Part shown: positions 61,613 to 64,000 of the stretch, in pieces
Numbering within the stretch: the stretch's first letter is position 1
How the letters are laid out: every line of letters begins with the position of its first letter
Source of the DNA: Candidatus Sericytochromatia bacterium
Lineage (GTDB): Bacteria > Cyanobacteriota > Sericytochromatia > S15B-MN24 > UBA4093
Length of the DNA stretch: 64,000 nt
Direction: 5' to 3'
Assembly: GCA_036676495.1 (NCBI GenBank)
Contig: JAKFCT010000082.1
Coordinates: 64,228-128,227 of the forward strand
The notes under the pieces: generated by a model
Told to the model about the DNA's origin: nothing
Database searches by the model: none
What the model saw: only the letters and a program-made list of their open reading frames with translations
Position numbers and translations under genes: made by a program

Positions 61613-63550
61613 TCAGAACTTCGCGGTGAGGCCCGCGAGGACGGTCAGGGGTTGCATGGGCGCGTAGGCGGGATCGTTCACGTTGAGGAGGTTGGTTCCC
61701 TGGACGTGGGCGGTGATCCGCTCGGTGACGGACTTGGTGATCCGGGCTTCGAGGGTGGTGTAGGGGCTGGCCATGGTCGTGGACGTCACGCCGTTGGCCT
61801 CGCTATAGAAGGGGCGCGCGCCGTTCCAGGCGCCGCGGGCGTAGAGCCCGAGCCCCCACGGATCGTGCTGGTAGCGGGCCGTGAGGGTGGCCTTGTGGAG
61901 GGGGCGGCCCTCCAAGGCGAGGCCGGAGTTGCGATCGAGGGTGTCGTTGAGGGTGTAGCCCGGCTCCAGGGTGAGGCCCTCGAGGGGCTGGAACTGGATC
62001 GAGGCCTCGACTCCGCGGGTCATGGCCGAGGAGACGTTGATGTAGGAGTACTGGGTGATGGCCTCGGCGGTGCCGGCGCGGGTCAGCTGGGTCTGGATGA
62101 GGTTGTTGACCTCGTTGTGGTAGAGGTTGGCGGCGAGCGAGGCCCAGGAGGTGAGGCGGGTCTCGGCGCCGAGGTTGTAGCTCGTGGAGGTCTCGGGGCC
62201 GAGATGAGGGTTGCCGATGACCTCGTAGCCCGCGCTGACGTTCTGGAAGCTCATCAAGAGCTCCTTGAAGTCGGGGGCGCGGAAGCCCGTGCCCAGGCTG
62301 GCGCGTAGCGTCACAGTCGAGAAGGGGTCGTAGCGCAGGGCGATCTTGGGGGCCAGGTGGGTCCCGTACCGGGAGTCGAGGTCGGCGCGGACGCCGGGAA
62401 CGAGGACGAGCTGGGAGAGGCCGAAGGCCTGCCATTCGTCCTGGCTGTAGAGCGCGGCGCGGAAACGCTCGCCGAACGCTGCGTTCAGCCGATCGGCGTG
62501 GAGGCGCTCGTAGGCCAGCTCGGCGCCGGTCGTCAGGATATGTGACTCGCCGAGCGCGCGCTCTTCCTGGATCTGCAGCTGCGCGAGCTGATCGAGGGTC
62601 TCCTCGTAGACATCCTGGATGTCCACCTTGCGCTGGTCCTTCTTGTACTGATCCCGGTAAAGGTTGTAATAGGCGGCCATCGAGAGGTTGCTGAAGCCCG
62701 GGATCGACAGCTGGGGTTCGACCGAGAGGCTCAGCGTCTCGGTCTGGTTGATGCGGTCGAAGACGGCCAGGCCACTCGTTTCGATTCCGTCTTGGCGGCG
62801 GGTCAGATAGTCGACATGCGTCTTGATCTGGGTGTCGCGGGAGATCTTGAAGGTGCTGTTGTTGGAGACGGTGAAGTCTTGGTAGGCGTTGCCGGTGGTT
62901 CCGAGCGTTCCGGGGGTGAGGTCGTAGGCGTCGGCGCGGCGGAAGCCCGCGGAGACGAGCGTGTCCGCGGCGGCGTGGGTGATTCCCATGGTGCCGTTGA
63001 CCACGGCGGTGTTGAGGGCGCCGATCATGGTCTGTCCTTCGAAGGAAAGGGGCGCCTTGGCCTTGCGGGTGATGAGGTTGACGACGCCCGCCATGGCCTC
63101 GGAACCGTAGAGGGCCGACGAGCCGCCGCGGACGATCTCGACGCGCTCGAGGCTGTCGATCGGATAGCGGGTCAGGTCGACCGTGCCGCTGAGGCGGCCG
63201 GTGACACGGCGCCCGTCGACGAGGATGAGGACGTGCTTGGAGTCGAGTCCCTGGAGCCGGATGCCCTCGCCTTGCAAGGCGGAGAAGACCTCGATGCCCG
63301 TGCGAGAGGAGAGCAGGTCGGCGACGTTGACGGCGCCGGAGGCCTCGATCTCGCTGCGGGGGATGACCTCGGTGGCGACCGGGGTATCCGCGAGGCGCCG
63401 TTCGGTGCGGGTGCCGGTCACCACGACCTCATCCAGCCGTGGGGAGTAGGCTTGCTCGGTGGCCTGAGCCGGCGGCGCACCGACGAAGAGGGTGAGGGCG
63501 GCCACAGTCGTGGCGGCTTGGAGCGGAGGGCTGAAGCGGGGCGCGGTCAT
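61613..63550 (-). CDS. TonB-dependent outer-membrane receptor
   Basis: EVVVTGTRTER, LILVDG, ERVEIVRGGSSALYGSEAMAGVVNLIT, GFRAP, NPHL and C-terminal F; ATG at 63550. Confidence 0.95.
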   Translation of the reverse strand: MTAPRFSPPLQAATTVAALTLFVGAPPAQATEQAYSPRLDEVVVTGTRTERRLADTPVATEVIPRSEIEASGAVNVADLLSSRTGIEVFSALQGEGIRLQGLDSKHVLILVDGRRVTGRLSGTVDLTRYPIDSLERVEIVRGGSSALYGSEAMAGVVNLITRKAKAPLSFEGQTMIGALNTAVVNGTMGITHAAADTLVSAGFRRADAYDLTPGTLGTTGNAYQDFTVSNNSTFKISRDTQIKTHVDYLTRRQDGIETSGLAVFDRINQTETLSLSVEPQLSIPGFSNLSMAAYYNLYRDQYKKDQRKVDIQDVYEETLDQLAQLQIQEERALGESHILTTGAELAYERLHADRLNAAFGERFRAALYSQDEWQAFGLSQLVLVPGVRADLDSRYGTHLAPKIALRYDPFSTVTLRASLGTGFRAPDFKELLMSFQNVSAGYEVIGNPHLGPETSTSYNLGAETRLTSWASLAANLYHNEVNNLIQTQLTRAGTAEAITQYSYINVSSAMTRGVEASIQFQPLEGLTLEPGYTLNDTLDRNSGLALEGRPLHKATLTARYQHDPWGLGLYARGAWNGARPFYSEANGVTSTTMASPYTTLEARITKSVTERITAHVQGTNLLNVNDPAYAPMQPLTVLAGLTAKF

Positions 63551-63575
63551 CGAAGGCGTCTCCAGGTGAGCTAGA

Positions 63576-63654
63576 TGCGAATTATTCTCAGTTTCAGGCA
63601 AGCATAAAATACTTGAGAATGATTTGCAAGTATCATGCGATTTATTCTCAAGTA
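63576..63654. promoter_or_regulatory. Three Fur-box-like 7-1-7 palindromes
   Basis: tgcgaattattctca(63576), tgagaatgatttgca(63614) and tgcgatttattctca(63636) in an AT-rich island upstream of the receptor. Confidence 0.75.
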
Positions 63655-63794
63655 GCGTGATCCGGGGAGCGTTCCGAACGGGCGTGGCAGGCCCGTGGCG
63701 AGGGCGTGGCCGCCCCCCGTCGCCCGGGGGCCATGATCGCGGCCCCCTTGGCGCGGAGCGGCCTCGGGGGCGCAAAATCGCTTGGGAACCGGGC

Positions 63795-63823
63795 TTGAGA
63801 TCCGGGGGGACTTGTGTTAGGAT
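63795..63823 (+). promoter_or_regulatory. Sigma70-type promoter for rpsF
   Basis: TTGAGA-N17-TAGGAT with an extended TG. Confidence 0.6.
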
Positions 63824-63857
63824 GAGCCTCTACGGCGTTTTAACGCTGTTTTAATCT

Positions 63858-63907
63858 TCCCTGCTCCTCGGGATGTCCCGGGGGGCCGTCTAGTCCGGAG
63901 GGAGGTG
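63858..63907 (+). ncRNA. S6:S18 ribosomal protein leader RNA
   Basis: TGCTCC...GGGCCGTCTAGTCC..GGAGGTG directly upstream of rpsF, resembling the Bacillus rpsF leader as I recall it. Confidence 0.65.
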
Positions 63908-63913
63908 AAAAGA

Positions 63914-64000
63914 ATGCTTCGGGCCTATGAAACTATGTACATCCTGCGCCCCACGATCGAAGAAGAGGCCGTGGATGCAGTGGTTACCAAGTTCGCGGAC
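63914..64000 (+). CDS. rpsF: 30S ribosomal protein S6 (5' part only)
   Basis: Manual translation MLRAYETMYILRPTIEEEAVDAVVTKFAD after a GGAGGTG SD. Confidence 0.93.
   Translation, partial: MLRAYETMYILRPTIEEEAVDAVVTKFAD

Noticed and set aside
63551-63780. Cobalamin riboswitch upstream of the TonB receptor, and the 63775 start in the ORF track
   Set aside because: No B12-box or GGGAA...GCCACTG elements; the region holds Fur-like boxes and the signal peptide starts at 63550
63840-63862. ttaac/ttaat at 11-bp spacing and a taatcttccct match to the repeat end
   Set aside because: Lies inside the rpsF leader downstream of its promoter; these short matches are probably chance

Overview
A GC-rich (roughly two-thirds G+C by eye) bacterial chromosomal window. 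I saw no transposase, integrase, CRISPR array, rRNA or tRNA. It carries housekeeping blocks: rpsO-pnp-M16 peptidase-dut-dapB-asd-dapA-rnj, gatA-gatB, thrB-lysC, trpB-trpA, a DHH/CBS tRNA nucleotidyltransferase, ssb and the start of rpsF. It also has a signalling patch (PAS/GAF histidine kinase, GAF-HD-GYP, STAND adenylate cyclase), a surface-glycan operon containing a B12-binding radical SAM enzyme, and many orphan lipoproteins. A diderm envelope (TonB receptor), cyanobacteria-like SSB and ManC-PMM fusion, and Firmicutes-like RNA leader and LexA box suggest a non-photosynthetic cyanobacterial relative such as Sericytochromatia (inference only). The best candidate for an undescribed system is a five-gene operon under three Fur-like boxes (63550 to 56738, minus strand): TonB receptor, HmuY-like lipoprotein, an exported His-rich tandem CbiX-type chelatase, a CxCxC outer-membrane barrel and a beta-propeller lipoprotein. 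This looks like heme or metal capture with extracytoplasmic de-chelation. Other leads are an SOS-boxed chromosomal Rad52-like annealase, an unassigned structured RNA, a lipoprotein trio that shares a promoter motif with other exported-protein genes, and three short repeat families. All calls come from reading the sequence by eye; no database searches were run.
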